A DNA stretch of 64,000 nt from an uncultured Pseudomonadales bacterium (lineage in GTDB: Bacteria > Patescibacteriota > Microgenomatia > UBA1400 > Chazhemtobacteraceae). Shown here piece after piece: positions 39,290-47,519 of this stretch. Where the stretch lies: assembly GCA_964618725.1 (NCBI GenBank), contig CAZUBK010000003.1, positions 81,018 to 145,017 on the forward strand, read 5' to 3'. The stretch's first letter is position 1; each line of letters opens with the position of its first letter. The notes below the pieces were generated by a model, which saw only the letters and a program-made list of their open reading frames with translations, did no database searches and had not been told where the DNA came from. The translations under genes and the position numbers were made by a program.

Positions 39290-40252
39290 ATGCTCCCATC
39301 CTTAACAAAACTCGGCCAACTGTCTCGTCAATCAATCATTATCAAAACTCTTCGTCGACTCCTTCCCACCCTTATTGGCCTTTTTATCATTGGCACTTTT
39401 CTCCAAACCAATCCCAAGCTTGCTGTCCAGTTTACTAATCAACTACTTGAGAAATTAGGTCTTTCCTCTCAACTCCCGCTCACACAAACTGATTACTTCA
39501 AAGAAATAAACGACTATCGTCAAGACAACTCCAAATCATCTCTTTCTCACACTACTACTCTTGACTCACTCGCACACATCCTTGCCCTCTCCACCGCCAA
39601 CACCAATGATCTAACCCCCCAAATAACCCTCGATCAGGCGGCCGGAATCGTCGGTTTCAATTTTTCCTCTCTCGAATCACTTATCTTCATCTCCCCCACC
39701 TTCAGTGTCACCAACAGTTGGTTAACTGAAAACCAAGACACTCTTCTCAATCCCAAATTTACTCAAATTGGCCTCAGTAGTCTTACCATCACCCAAGATC
39801 AACAGGAACAACTTTTAACCGTCGTTGTCCTGGCCAATCCTTCTTCTAGTCAATCAAGTAATCTGCCTAAAAAGACAACTCAAAACTACTACACCGGCGT
39901 TGAACTTTGGAACGAAATTCAGAAATACCGCACAGAACACGGCGTTCCCGAATTCAGACAGGACATCACTCTTTGCACTATCGCCTCAATTAGACTTAAT
40001 CAACTCATCGAACTCGGCAAACTCGACAACCACGACGGCTTCGCCCCGCTCGTCGATCAATTCCGTAACGACGGTCGCCTTATCCACACCAACATCGCTG
40101 AGAATATTCTCACTGGCTATTCCACCCCTGCCTCAGCCGTTACTGCTTGGGATGGCTCCCCGGGACATCAATCACTTCTCAAAGATGGTGCTTATGTCTT
40201 CGCTTGCACCGCCGCCAATCATGGCTTCGCCGTATTAGTCGCCGCTTTTTAA
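39290..40252 (+). CDS. Hypothetical membrane-anchored protein.
   Basis: An N-terminal TM helix is present. I recognised no motif with confidence. Confidence 0.5.
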   Translation: MLPSLTKLGQLSRQSIIIKTLRRLLPTLIGLFIIGTFLQTNPKLAVQFTNQLLEKLGLSSQLPLTQTDYFKEINDYRQDNSKSSLSHTTTLDSLAHILALSTANTNDLTPQITLDQAAGIVGFNFSSLESLIFISPTFSVTNSWLTENQDTLLNPKFTQIGLSSLTITQDQQEQLLTVVVLANPSSSQSSNLPKKTTQNYYTGVELWNEIQKYRTEHGVPEFRQDITLCTIASIRLNQLIELGKLDNHDGFAPLVDQFRNDGRLIHTNIAENILTGYSTPASAVTAWDGSPGHQSLLKDGAYVFACTAANHGFAVLVAAF

Positions 40253-40281
40253 ATTGTTTAGAAGCCTGCTAAACTGAAATC

Positions 40282-41064
40282 GTGACCTGCCCCTACTGTT
40301 CCACCCCTCTTAGTCCAACGGAAGTCCATACCAAATCCGATCAAATCGGAGAGATTCATGAGTGTTTCAACTGTGGTGGCCACTGGTTTCCTCGTTGGCT
40401 CGCCAATGATATTACCATCAGTGAAGCCAGCAACGTTGACGCCATCACCCCCACAACTGTGGTACAGTCTCCATCCCAACCACGTTGCCCTGTTTGTCAA
40501 ACCCGCCTCGCTCTCATCGCTCATGATCCAGTTCCTCGTGGCATCACCGTCTTTACTTGCCCGCAAGGGCATGGTAATTTTTTTCCCAAAGGACAACTCC
40601 TTCAATTCAAAAAGGCCCAGGACGCCAAGATCACCTATCATACCCTTTGGGGCATCCCACTTAAATCTATTTTCTCCGTCATGCTCCCAGTTGTTGCCGT
40701 CCTTACCATTGTCAGCGGCCTTCCTCTATTAGTTAGCCAACTCCAAGAGGCCACCCAAGAGACCAGAACCAAGGCCTCCTCACTCCATTCTCGTCCCATC
40801 GTTACTCAAATTAATCCAAGTGATGTCATCATTTCTTTTACTTCTCAAACCTCCTTAATCACTTCTGTCTCTCTTTATGAAGATAACCAACTACTTCTTA
40901 CGCAAATCATTTCTAGTTCCCCCCAAACCACTCATCAAATTATTCTCCGCGATCTAAATAGTAACTTTCCCTACAACTTCGTCATCAACTCTACCAATCC
41001 AAGCAATCAACAAACCATCACCAGCGAACGTTACCCAATTATCTTCACCCAAAAGAAACCATGA
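40282..41064 (+). CDS. Tandem zinc-ribbon protein with a C-terminal TM segment.
   Basis: Two zinc-ribbon patterns are present (CPYC...CFNCGGHWF and CPVC...CPQGHGNFF). A central TM helix follows. Confidence 0.55.
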   Translation: MTCPYCSTPLSPTEVHTKSDQIGEIHECFNCGGHWFPRWLANDITISEASNVDAITPTTVVQSPSQPRCPVCQTRLALIAHDPVPRGITVFTCPQGHGNFFPKGQLLQFKKAQDAKITYHTLWGIPLKSIFSVMLPVVAVLTIVSGLPLLVSQLQEATQETRTKASSLHSRPIVTQINPSDVIISFTSQTSLITSVSLYEDNQLLLTQIISSSPQTTHQIILRDLNSNFPYNFVINSTNPSNQQTITSERYPIIFTQKKP

Positions 41065-42233
41065 ACAAATCTCAATTTACCCACCACTTCTCTTTCTATA
41101 TCATGGGCGGCTTCGGCCACATCAAGCCGGCCCAAGCCCTAGCGGAACAATTCGGGAAACTAGGTCTCAACAGCCGTGCCTATGACCCAGCATCAACTGA
41201 TGGTACCCCCCATCACGAATCGGCCAACGTCTACAATTTCTTAGTCCGTTCTCCTTTATTGCTTCCCTTTTGGAATCTCCTTACTCGTCATGATCTTCTT
41301 CCTGCTTGGTTTTTCCAACCCGTCCACGTCCTCGAAGTTTTCTTTAGTCGCCACATCATTCACCGACTTCGTCAAGTTGTTCAGGAACCAGACAAGACCA
41401 TCTTCACCGCCACCCATTTTACCCCCGCCCTACTCGCCGCCAAAGCCTTCCCCCAACAAACCGTTTTTCTCTACGTTACCGACATTCACCCTCACGGTCT
41501 TTGGCGGATTCTTCCCAAAAATGTTCACTATCTTGCCCCGATGGAAGAAACAAAAATCGATCTGATGCGTTATGGCGTCCCCACCGACCGAATCAGTATT
41601 GCCAGTTTTCCAATCCACAATGAAATTATCAAAGACAACTCCTCCCGCTTTAAACACCGACTCACCGTCTTGAAAAGAAGAAACCCCCGCCGCATCGATG
41701 TCTTAATCGTCTCCGGCGGAGCTGGCACGGGTAGGGGTGAGATGCACCGCCTCCTCAAAAAATTTGCCCATCCTGCCAAAACACAGCAGGTTCGCCTCAC
41801 TTTTCTTGTTAGCACCCCCGAACTGAAAAACGACCTTATCTCCTACTGTACTCAAATCGAAACTCACAAAAAGGAAGTCTTTATCGACAACTACACCCCA
41901 GAATCTCTCTATCAAGCCTTCTCCAAAGCCGAAATCGTCATTACCAAAGCCGGCGGCGACATTACTTTCGAAGCCCTTGCCGAAGGACTTCCCGTCTATA
42001 CTCTTAATGATATAGGCGATCACGAACGTCTAAACCGCCAATATTTAGAACTAATCGGTGCTAGCAAACCCCTCTTCTTAAGCCAGGAACCTTGGCAACT
42101 CATCCTCAGTGATATCTTAAGCGGAGATATCCTGCTCCTCACCAAGGCTTCCCACAAAGCCGGAGAGATCCATCGCCAGTCCACCGCCCCCCAAACTATC
42201 CTTAAGATACTCACCACAAAAAATGCTCTCTAA
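41061..42233 (+). CDS. Glycosyltransferase of the MGDG-synthase/MurG-like (GT28) family.
   Basis: The N-terminal Gly-rich loop IMGGFGHIKPAQAL is present. The C-terminal GT-B motif ITKAGGDITFEALAEGLP is present. It overlaps the upstream gene by 4 bp. Confidence 0.65.
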   Translation: MNKSQFTHHFSFYIMGGFGHIKPAQALAEQFGKLGLNSRAYDPASTDGTPHHESANVYNFLVRSPLLLPFWNLLTRHDLLPAWFFQPVHVLEVFFSRHIIHRLRQVVQEPDKTIFTATHFTPALLAAKAFPQQTVFLYVTDIHPHGLWRILPKNVHYLAPMEETKIDLMRYGVPTDRISIASFPIHNEIIKDNSSRFKHRLTVLKRRNPRRIDVLIVSGGAGTGRGEMHRLLKKFAHPAKTQQVRLTFLVSTPELKNDLISYCTQIETHKKEVFIDNYTPESLYQAFSKAEIVITKAGGDITFEALAEGLPVYTLNDIGDHERLNRQYLELIGASKPLFLSQEPWQLILSDILSGDILLLTKASHKAGEIHRQSTAPQTILKILTTKNAL

Positions 42234-42254
42234 CTCTCATCGAGAGTCTCCCGT

Positions 42255-42560
42255 TCAGCTATAAACCAGCTCGAGCAGCTTTTCTACGTCGACAGCTTCA
42301 TCCTCTACTTCTCTCTCTAAACCAAACTCATCCATTAGCGCCTCGATTATCTCTTGTTTGAATCCCTTCTCCCACAACGTCTCTTCCATTTTTTCAATTT
42401 CCACCTCAAAACCCAATAGGGGGCATTTTAGTTTTCCCTTTTTCAAGTCAAACATAAGGCTACCAGATCCTACATATCTCTGTTCTTGATTTCTCCAGTA
42501 CCTAGAAATGGCCCCATTCTCACAATTCATCTCCCTACCATAGACCAAAAAAACTATCAC
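42255..42560 (-). CDS. Hypothetical protein.
   Basis: This is a 101-aa ORF. I recognised no motif. Confidence 0.35.
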   Translation of the reverse strand: MIVFLVYGREMNCENGAISRYWRNQEQRYVGSGSLMFDLKKGKLKCPLLGFEVEIEKMEETLWEKGFKQEIIEALMDEFGLEREVEDEAVDVEKLLELVYS

Positions 42561-42630
42561 AATCTCTCATAAACTCCCTCACCTTCTGCATTCTTGACGT
42601 CTCTTCTTTCCAAGCGCTATTATTCTCTCG

Positions 42631-43062
42631 ATGACTACTTCTCTAAAAATCAATCGTCTCATCTTTTTCCTCAGTCTCCTTGGCGTCCTTATCGCCATCT
42701 ATGTTCTTCAAAGTTTTCTACGTGATGCCCCCATCATCTGCGTCAACTCAGGTTGTGAGCTCGTCCGTAAAAGCCCCGCCAGCTACATACTTAGTATCCC
42801 CGTTCCCGCCTTTGGTCTAATTGGTTACTCGCTCATTACCATCCTCTCATTTATACGAACAGTAAAAGATAGTCCCAAATTGCCGATAGCCATTCTTAGC
42901 ATCTCCATTTTCGGTGTTCTTTTTGTCTCCTGGTTTACCTACACCGAGTTCTTCATCATCAAGGCCTTCTGCACTTGGTGCCTCATTTCTGCTATAATTA
43001 TGGTTACTATCTTTCTTCTCTCACTTAGAAGTCTCCAATATAAAAATGAACCTAACCTCTGA
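42631..43062 (+). CDS. Vitamin K epoxide reductase (VKOR)-family membrane protein.
   Basis: A loop Cys pair is present in CVNSGCELV. The TM4 motif FCTWCLISA (CxxC) is present. Confidence 0.8.
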   Translation: MTTSLKINRLIFFLSLLGVLIAIYVLQSFLRDAPIICVNSGCELVRKSPASYILSIPVPAFGLIGYSLITILSFIRTVKDSPKLPIAILSISIFGVLFVSWFTYTEFFIIKAFCTWCLISAIIMVTIFLLSLRSLQYKNEPNL

Positions 43063-43675
43063 ATCAAAATTCCTCTTCGGTATTACTGCCGCCACCTTGG
43101 CAATTGTCGCCATTGGACTATTTGCCTTTTCTAATAAGGGCGCCACTCTTTCCTCTATCCCCACCCTCTCCCGTCAAGAATTAGTTCTCGGCGACTCCAC
43201 CTCTCGTGGCAATAAAGAGGCCGAACACTTCCTTGTCGAGTTCTCTGACTTCCAATGCCCCGCTTGTAAGGCCTTTAAGCCCGTTGTTGATCAATTGATC
43301 TCTCAATATGTTGACAAGCTCTCCTTCACCTATCGTCATTTCCCCCTCGATCAACACCCAGCCGCTCTTCCCGCCGCTATAGCCGCTGAGGCCGCCGCCA
43401 AACAAGGCAAGTTCTGGGAGATGTATGATCTGCTTTTTGAAAACCAAGAAACTCTTTCAGAGGAAACCGTCATCAAGCTAGCTGAGAACCTTCCACTTAA
43501 CATGGATCAATACAGAACCGACTCCGCTGCTGCCAAAGAAGAAGTCCTTCAAGACCGCTCTTACGGCCTCCAGATTGGCATCAACTCCACCCCCACCTTC
43601 TATCTTGACGGCAAGAAACTCATCCTCAACAACCCAGCTGACCTAAAAATTGCAGTCGATAAACTCTTTCAATAA
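43046..43675 (+). CDS. DsbA-like thioredoxin-fold disulfide oxidoreductase.
   Basis: The motif FSDFQCPACKAF (CPAC) is present. An N-terminal anchor is present. It overlaps the VKOR gene by 17 bp. Confidence 0.8.
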   Translation: MNLTSESKFLFGITAATLAIVAIGLFAFSNKGATLSSIPTLSRQELVLGDSTSRGNKEAEHFLVEFSDFQCPACKAFKPVVDQLISQYVDKLSFTYRHFPLDQHPAALPAAIAAEAAAKQGKFWEMYDLLFENQETLSEETVIKLAENLPLNMDQYRTDSAAAKEEVLQDRSYGLQIGINSTPTFYLDGKKLILNNPADLKIAVDKLFQ

Positions 43676-44752
43676 CTTACCCCCATCAACTTTTCGTCCA
43701 CTTTTCTCATCAGACTTCTAATTTCCTTCTTCACGTTGAAACTGCTGGCATGCTTCAAAACTCCAAGATATGAATCCATCGAAGCTAATAAAGATTCTTT
43801 CTCCATCATTCCAAGCTCATATCCTTCTACTTTATTTTTCAATTTTCGTAGCATCCTTATTTTGGTTTTAATCCTGACAATCTTGTGATGCGGAAATATC
43901 ACATACCCCAAAAAATCGATTCCCTGCGTATATTTCCTAATTGTTACCTTCCCAGGATGCAGATTAAGCCTTAATTTTTCTCGCAAGAAAACACCTACTT
44001 GCTCTTTCCACTCAATCAACTCTTCTTCTGAAGAAGACAACATAATAAAGTCATCAGTGTAGCGATAATAATATCGAACCCTAAGTTTGTGCTTAACAAA
44101 TTGATCCAACTCATTCATGTAAATATTGGCAAATAATTGTGAAGTCAGATTGCCAATTGGAATTCCCTGCCGAAACTTTTTACTCTCTCTCTCTCTCTCT
44201 CTCTCTTGCCAATCCATGACTGTTAACCACCTGCTCCAACAATCTCAAAACTTTTTCATCATTTATTTTCCTTTCCAAAATCGCCATCAAGATGTCTTGA
44301 TCCACACTTTGGAAGAACTTTTTGATATCACACTTAAGGGCAAAACAGACTCTGGTGTTGTTCGTACTCACTTTTCCTAATCCTGTACTTAAGGAAGAAA
44401 TCCCTTTATGAACTCCTTTCCCCATCCGACATGAAAAAGAGTTTGCCATAAAAGTGGAGTCAAATATTGGACTTAAGGTGCAAAATAAAGCGTGGTGTAG
44501 AACTCTGTCTCGTACCGTTGCCTTGTGAATTAACCTCTGTTTAGGATCCTTAATGTAAAATGGCACATATTTACCATGCGCATATCTACCTGCAAGTAAG
44601 TCCCTATGCAAAGCAAAAAGGTTCTCCTCAAGCCTGAATTCAAAACGCCTTACATCTTTTTTTCTCGTTTTCCCAATCTTAAATTGCTCCCACGCAGCCA
44701 GGAGACTCGGCAGAGAAGTCACTTTCTCGAATAAGTTCGTATATACTTTCAT
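43669..44752 (-). CDS. Diversity-generating-retroelement reverse transcriptase (Brt-like). It is interrupted by a frameshift inside a (CT)12 tract. Fragment 1 is 44180..44752 and fragment 2 is 43669..44217.
   Basis: The N-terminus MKVYTNLFEKVTSLPSLLAAWEQFKIGKTRKK...KQRLIHKATVRDRVLHHAL matches the start of DGR RTs. The downstream fragment carries GIPIGNLTSQLFANIYMNELD and the YxDD box RYTDDFIM. The 60 aa upstream of MKVY in the listed ORF overlap avd and are probably not coding. Confidence 0.85.
44183..44206. repeat. (CT)12 dinucleotide microsatellite inside the RT coding region (read as ...RERERE...).
   Basis: The tract ctctctctctctctctctctctct is visible directly. The two RT fragments end and begin within the same codon context. 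Inserting one CT unit, or deleting two, would fuse the frames. Confidence 0.8.
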
Positions 44753-44755
44753 CCT

Positions 44756-45106
44756 ATGAATGAGTTTGATCTTCCTATTTTCAAGAAAGTCTACGACCTC
44801 TACAAAGTTTTTCATAGCTATCGAAAAACCATACCCAAACAAGATCGTCATACCCTTTGGCAAAGAGCAGATACTATCATTCTCGACATGCTTGAAACAA
44901 TAATGACTGCTGTCAACCTCCCTAAAAACCACAAGCTTCCATTTTTGGAAAAAACCAACGCCAAACTAAGCATCTTGAAAATCTTGTTTAGACTCTCCTA
45001 CGAAACCAAGGTAATAGATGACCGAAAGTATCTCACCTTGCAAGAACACCTTAATGAAATAGGCAAAATGCTCGGTGGCTGGATTAAAGCCAGCCGAGCA
45101 ATCTAA
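44756..45106 (+). CDS. avd: DGR accessory variability determinant (Avd), a four-helix-bundle protein of the 23S rRNA-IVS family.
   Basis: The 116-aa protein has a C-terminus LNEIGKMLGGWIKASRAI that matches the Avd/IVS consensus (...VGRILGSWIARVNRK in BPP-1 bAvd). The N-terminus reads LPIFKKVYDLYKVF. It is on the opposite strand to the RT, with its start 3 bp from the RT start. Confidence 0.75.
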   Translation: MNEFDLPIFKKVYDLYKVFHSYRKTIPKQDRHTLWQRADTIILDMLETIMTAVNLPKNHKLPFLEKTNAKLSILKILFRLSYETKVIDDRKYLTLQEHLNEIGKMLGGWIKASRAI

Positions 45107-45113
45107 ACCTAAG

Positions 45114-45231
45114 AAGGAGACTTCCGGCGGGCAACGCCAAGGTCGGAGAGGCGGTTGGAATCCCAGTTGTTGTTGACGTTGACCTGACCCTCGTTGACGC
45201 CTACATTGCAGCGGTTGCCATCGGAGTCAAC
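45114..45231 (-). repeat. DGR template repeat (TR). The sense strand is the minus strand.
   Basis: It is ~118 bp and near-identical to 45546-45662. At all 13 mismatches the TR has T on the plus strand, which is A on the minus strand. It is rich in in-frame AAC codons on the minus strand (GTT on plus) and lies outside any ORF. Confidence 0.85.
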
Positions 45232-45324
45232 CTAATTTTTGCCTACTTCCATCCTGTATCACCGGAGGTCGATAAACTCTTCCTCTTGAATTTAATTTCG
45301 AAGCAAGTCCAAAAGACTACCTTC

Positions 45325-45365
45325 TGAGGGAGTAGACAAGCAGTTCCCTCCTTTCTTTTTCACTC
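45325..45365 (+). terminator. Possible hairpin plus T-tract, a plus-strand terminator candidate downstream of avd/TR.
   Basis: The sequence gagggag-tagacaagcagtt-ccctcc is followed by tttctttttcac. The stem is short (6 bp) and the loop is long. Confidence 0.3.
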
Positions 45366-45490
45366 TCTATTATGATCCGTAAATCACAATACTCTGGTCC
45401 TATTAAAGACAGTGGTTCTGCGAAACCAAAGCCGTACTCTGATTCACATCTGCAGAACAAATTCATAATACCAAATCAAAAAAGAAAGTC

Positions 45491-45512
45491 CCGCTTACAA
45501 TTGTAAGCGGGA
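45491..45512 (-). terminator. Perfect 22-bp palindrome hairpin about 35 bp downstream of the VR and target-gene stop. It is a candidate for the DGR target-recognition stem-loop, a minus-strand terminator, or both.
   Basis: cccgcttacaattgtaagcggg is its own reverse complement. On the minus strand it is followed by ACTTTCTTTTTTG. Confidence 0.55.
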
Positions 45513-45530
45513 CAAAAAAGAAACAAAAAA

Positions 45531-46367
45531 TCAAGAGGTCAAGCCAAGGAACTGCCGGCGGGCAACGCCAAGGCCGGAGAGGCGGCAGGAACCCCAGCTG
45601 AAGCTGACGTAGACCTGACCCTCGATGACGCCTACAACGCAGCGGTTGCCACCGGAGTCAACGTCACGGCAACGAAGATAGTTGCTGAACAACTCGCCGT
45701 GCCCTAAGGCCAAATAGCCCGCAGCCGCGTAGGCCAGCTCAACAACTAGCGAGACTTGGAATCCAGCCTCATCGACAGCCTTCTCTTGGTCAAGCCAAAT
45801 CATGTTGGTTGAGTCAGGGAGAGCACCAATGAGATAGTAGCCCGGTTCTGAGTAGTTAACCTCCGAAAAAAGCTCTCGTTCTTCCCGACGAAGATACCAA
45901 TTGCTTGGATACAGATAGCGTGGCGCTGCTTTTTCCCGAAGCTGAACCTGATTCAGTCTTGGTATCGCTGCCAAACATAAACCATCATCCCTAGCTTCTT
46001 CAAGACTACCCTCTCCGCACGGAACCAATCCGTACCGAGCAATCTCAATTTTAGAAAGGCGGATTCCCAGCTTGCTGGCCACCTCAATCCCAATTGCTTT
46101 CTTCCCCATGATCTTGGCAGCGCGTGCCCAGGTCACAGAAGAAGTAGAAATCCCCTTCCAGTGCGAGATCACATCACGCCTTTTGTTCGGATCATCAATC
46201 ATTCTCTGGAGATCATCCAACGTGATTCCCATCTCCTCAGCTCGCCGAAACCATTCGCTCAGCGTGCCAACTATCTGACTTGGAGATTTACCTTGGTTCG
46301 CGATATTCATCGCACACCTCTTCCTTTTTTGAGATATTTGTATCCCGAATGCGGGACTCAGTTGCAT
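45531..46367 (-). CDS. DGR target (variable) protein, 278 aa, with a C-terminal VR-encoded hypervariable patch. The fold is probably CLec/FGE-like.
   Basis: The VR falls in the last ~40 codons (...NRCVVGVIEGQVYVSFSWGSCRLSGLGVARRQF). TR AAC codons are in frame with VR codons TGC, AGC, TTC, AGC, TAC and ATC. I see no obvious signal peptide. Confidence 0.8.
   Translation of the reverse strand: MQLSPAFGIQISQKRKRCAMNIANQGKSPSQIVGTLSEWFRRAEEMGITLDDLQRMIDDPNKRRDVISHWKGISTSSVTWARAAKIMGKKAIGIEVASKLGIRLSKIEIARYGLVPCGEGSLEEARDDGLCLAAIPRLNQVQLREKAAPRYLYPSNWYLRREERELFSEVNYSEPGYYLIGALPDSTNMIWLDQEKAVDEAGFQVSLVVELAYAAAGYLALGHGELFSNYLRCRDVDSGGNRCVVGVIEGQVYVSFSWGSCRLSGLGVARRQFLGLTS
45546..45662 (-). repeat. 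DGR variable repeat (VR) within the 3' end of the target gene.
   Basis: It pairs with the TR at 45114-45231. There are 13 substitutions, all at TR adenines (7 A-to-G, 6 A-to-T in minus sense). The 3' end in minus sense is GC-rich (CCTTGGCGTTGCCCGCCGG), which resembles an IMH. It ends 15 bp before the TGA stop. Confidence 0.85.
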
Positions 46368-46446
46368 TAATGTGCCTGCCTAGTATACCAAAGGAACAAA
46401 CCAAAGTCAACTATAGGATCAACATCAGCCTCATATTTTCCCCTTT

Positions 46447-46737
46447 CTATTTAACCAAGTATCTCTTTACCTGCTTCTCCACTTCTTCTCGAACCGACAC
46501 ACACGCCTGTACCAAGCTCTCGTTAGCCGATTTAGCAAAGATGTGTTCCGCCAATAGTTGCATATCAAATCTGACCTCAAACCCCCATCGACTCCGTTTT
46601 TCAATTCTGACATCCGCCTCTTTCTGATCCTCGTTCACGTGACCAAGTAATAAATCTAAAGACGAAAACTTTTCCGCCACCTCCTCCTTCTCTGCGTCAC
46701 TGGGGTCATAACCCTTCCACGATATCTGTATTCTCAT
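46447..46737 (-). CDS. hpf: Ribosome hibernation-promoting factor / RaiA (S30AE family), short form.
   Basis: The 96-aa protein has an N-terminus MRIQISWKGYDPSDAEKEEVAEKFSSLDLLL typical of HPF/YfiA. Confidence 0.75.
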   Translation of the reverse strand: MRIQISWKGYDPSDAEKEEVAEKFSSLDLLLGHVNEDQKEADVRIEKRSRWGFEVRFDMQLLAEHIFAKSANESLVQACVSVREEVEKQVKRYLVK

Positions 46738-46833
46738 TCACTCCAATATACAAACTCACCGCCATCGTTGTAAACTAAGAGGTAATTTGATGCCTGACAA
46801 CAAAATTCTTGAAGTGTGAGCGTTAAATGAAAT

Positions 46834-47496
46834 ATGGATGTCAAAATAGAGCCATCTTGGAAACAAGCCCTCCAAAACGAATTCAACAAACCTTACTTCG
46901 AGGCTCTCGCCAACTTTGTCAAATATGAATATCTCACCAATACCGTCTACCCCCCCGGCCGCTTCATTTTCAACGCCTTCAACTCTTGCCCTTTTGACCA
47001 AGTCAAGGTCGTCATTCTAGGTCAAGATCCTTATCACGGCCCCAAGCAAGCCCACGGGCTGTCTTTTTCCGTTCCCGAAGGCATCTCTCTCCCCCCTTCA
47101 CTTCAAAACATCTACAAGGAAATTCACTCCGACCTAAGTCAGCCCATTTCTAAAACCGGAGATCTAACTCGCTGGGCCAAGCAAGGCGTCCTTCTCCTCA
47201 ATGCCACTCTCACTGTCAAAGCTAACCAGGCTGCTTCACATCAGAATCAGGGCTGGGAAGCTTTCACCGACGCCGTTATTAAAACTCTTTCCGACCAAAG
47301 ACGGCATCTCGTCTTTCTCCTCTGGGGCGGCTACGCCAAAAAAAAGGTTCTCTTAATTGATCTCAAAAAACACTTCATTTTGACCGCCGCCCACCCCTCC
47401 CCTCTTTCTGCCCATAACGGCTTCTTTGGCAGCAAGCCCTTCAGTCAAACCAATCAATACCTTAAATCCCATCACTTAGAACCGATCAATTGGTAA
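46834..47496 (+). CDS. ung: Uracil-DNA glycosylase (family 1).
   Basis: The water-activating loop GQDPYHGPKQAHGLSF is present. The sequence also contains GVLLLNATLTV and the AHPSPLSAHNGFFG leucine-loop region. Confidence 0.9.
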   Translation: MDVKIEPSWKQALQNEFNKPYFEALANFVKYEYLTNTVYPPGRFIFNAFNSCPFDQVKVVILGQDPYHGPKQAHGLSFSVPEGISLPPSLQNIYKEIHSDLSQPISKTGDLTRWAKQGVLLLNATLTVKANQAASHQNQGWEAFTDAVIKTLSDQRRHLVFLLWGGYAKKKVLLIDLKKHFILTAAHPSPLSAHNGFFGSKPFSQTNQYLKSHHLEPINW

Positions 47497-47519
47497 CCAC
47501 TAAATTTTGTTCTTCCCTG

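Larger units (their letters stand above)
43669..46367 (-). mobile_element. Complete diversity-generating retroelement cassette: RT, Avd, TR, hairpin, and target gene with VR.
   Basis: All canonical DGR components lie within 2.7 kb. The adenine-specific TR/VR mismatch pattern is visible directly. Confidence 0.85.

Noticed and set aside
44753-44932. The upstream 60 codons of the listed RT ORF (MVFREVDSSHYCFKH...).
   Set aside because: This stretch overlaps the avd coding region on the opposite strand. DGR RTs begin at the conserved ...LFEK..S...LL.A motif, which here starts at the MKVY Met at 44752. The extension is most likely non-coding read-through of the frame.
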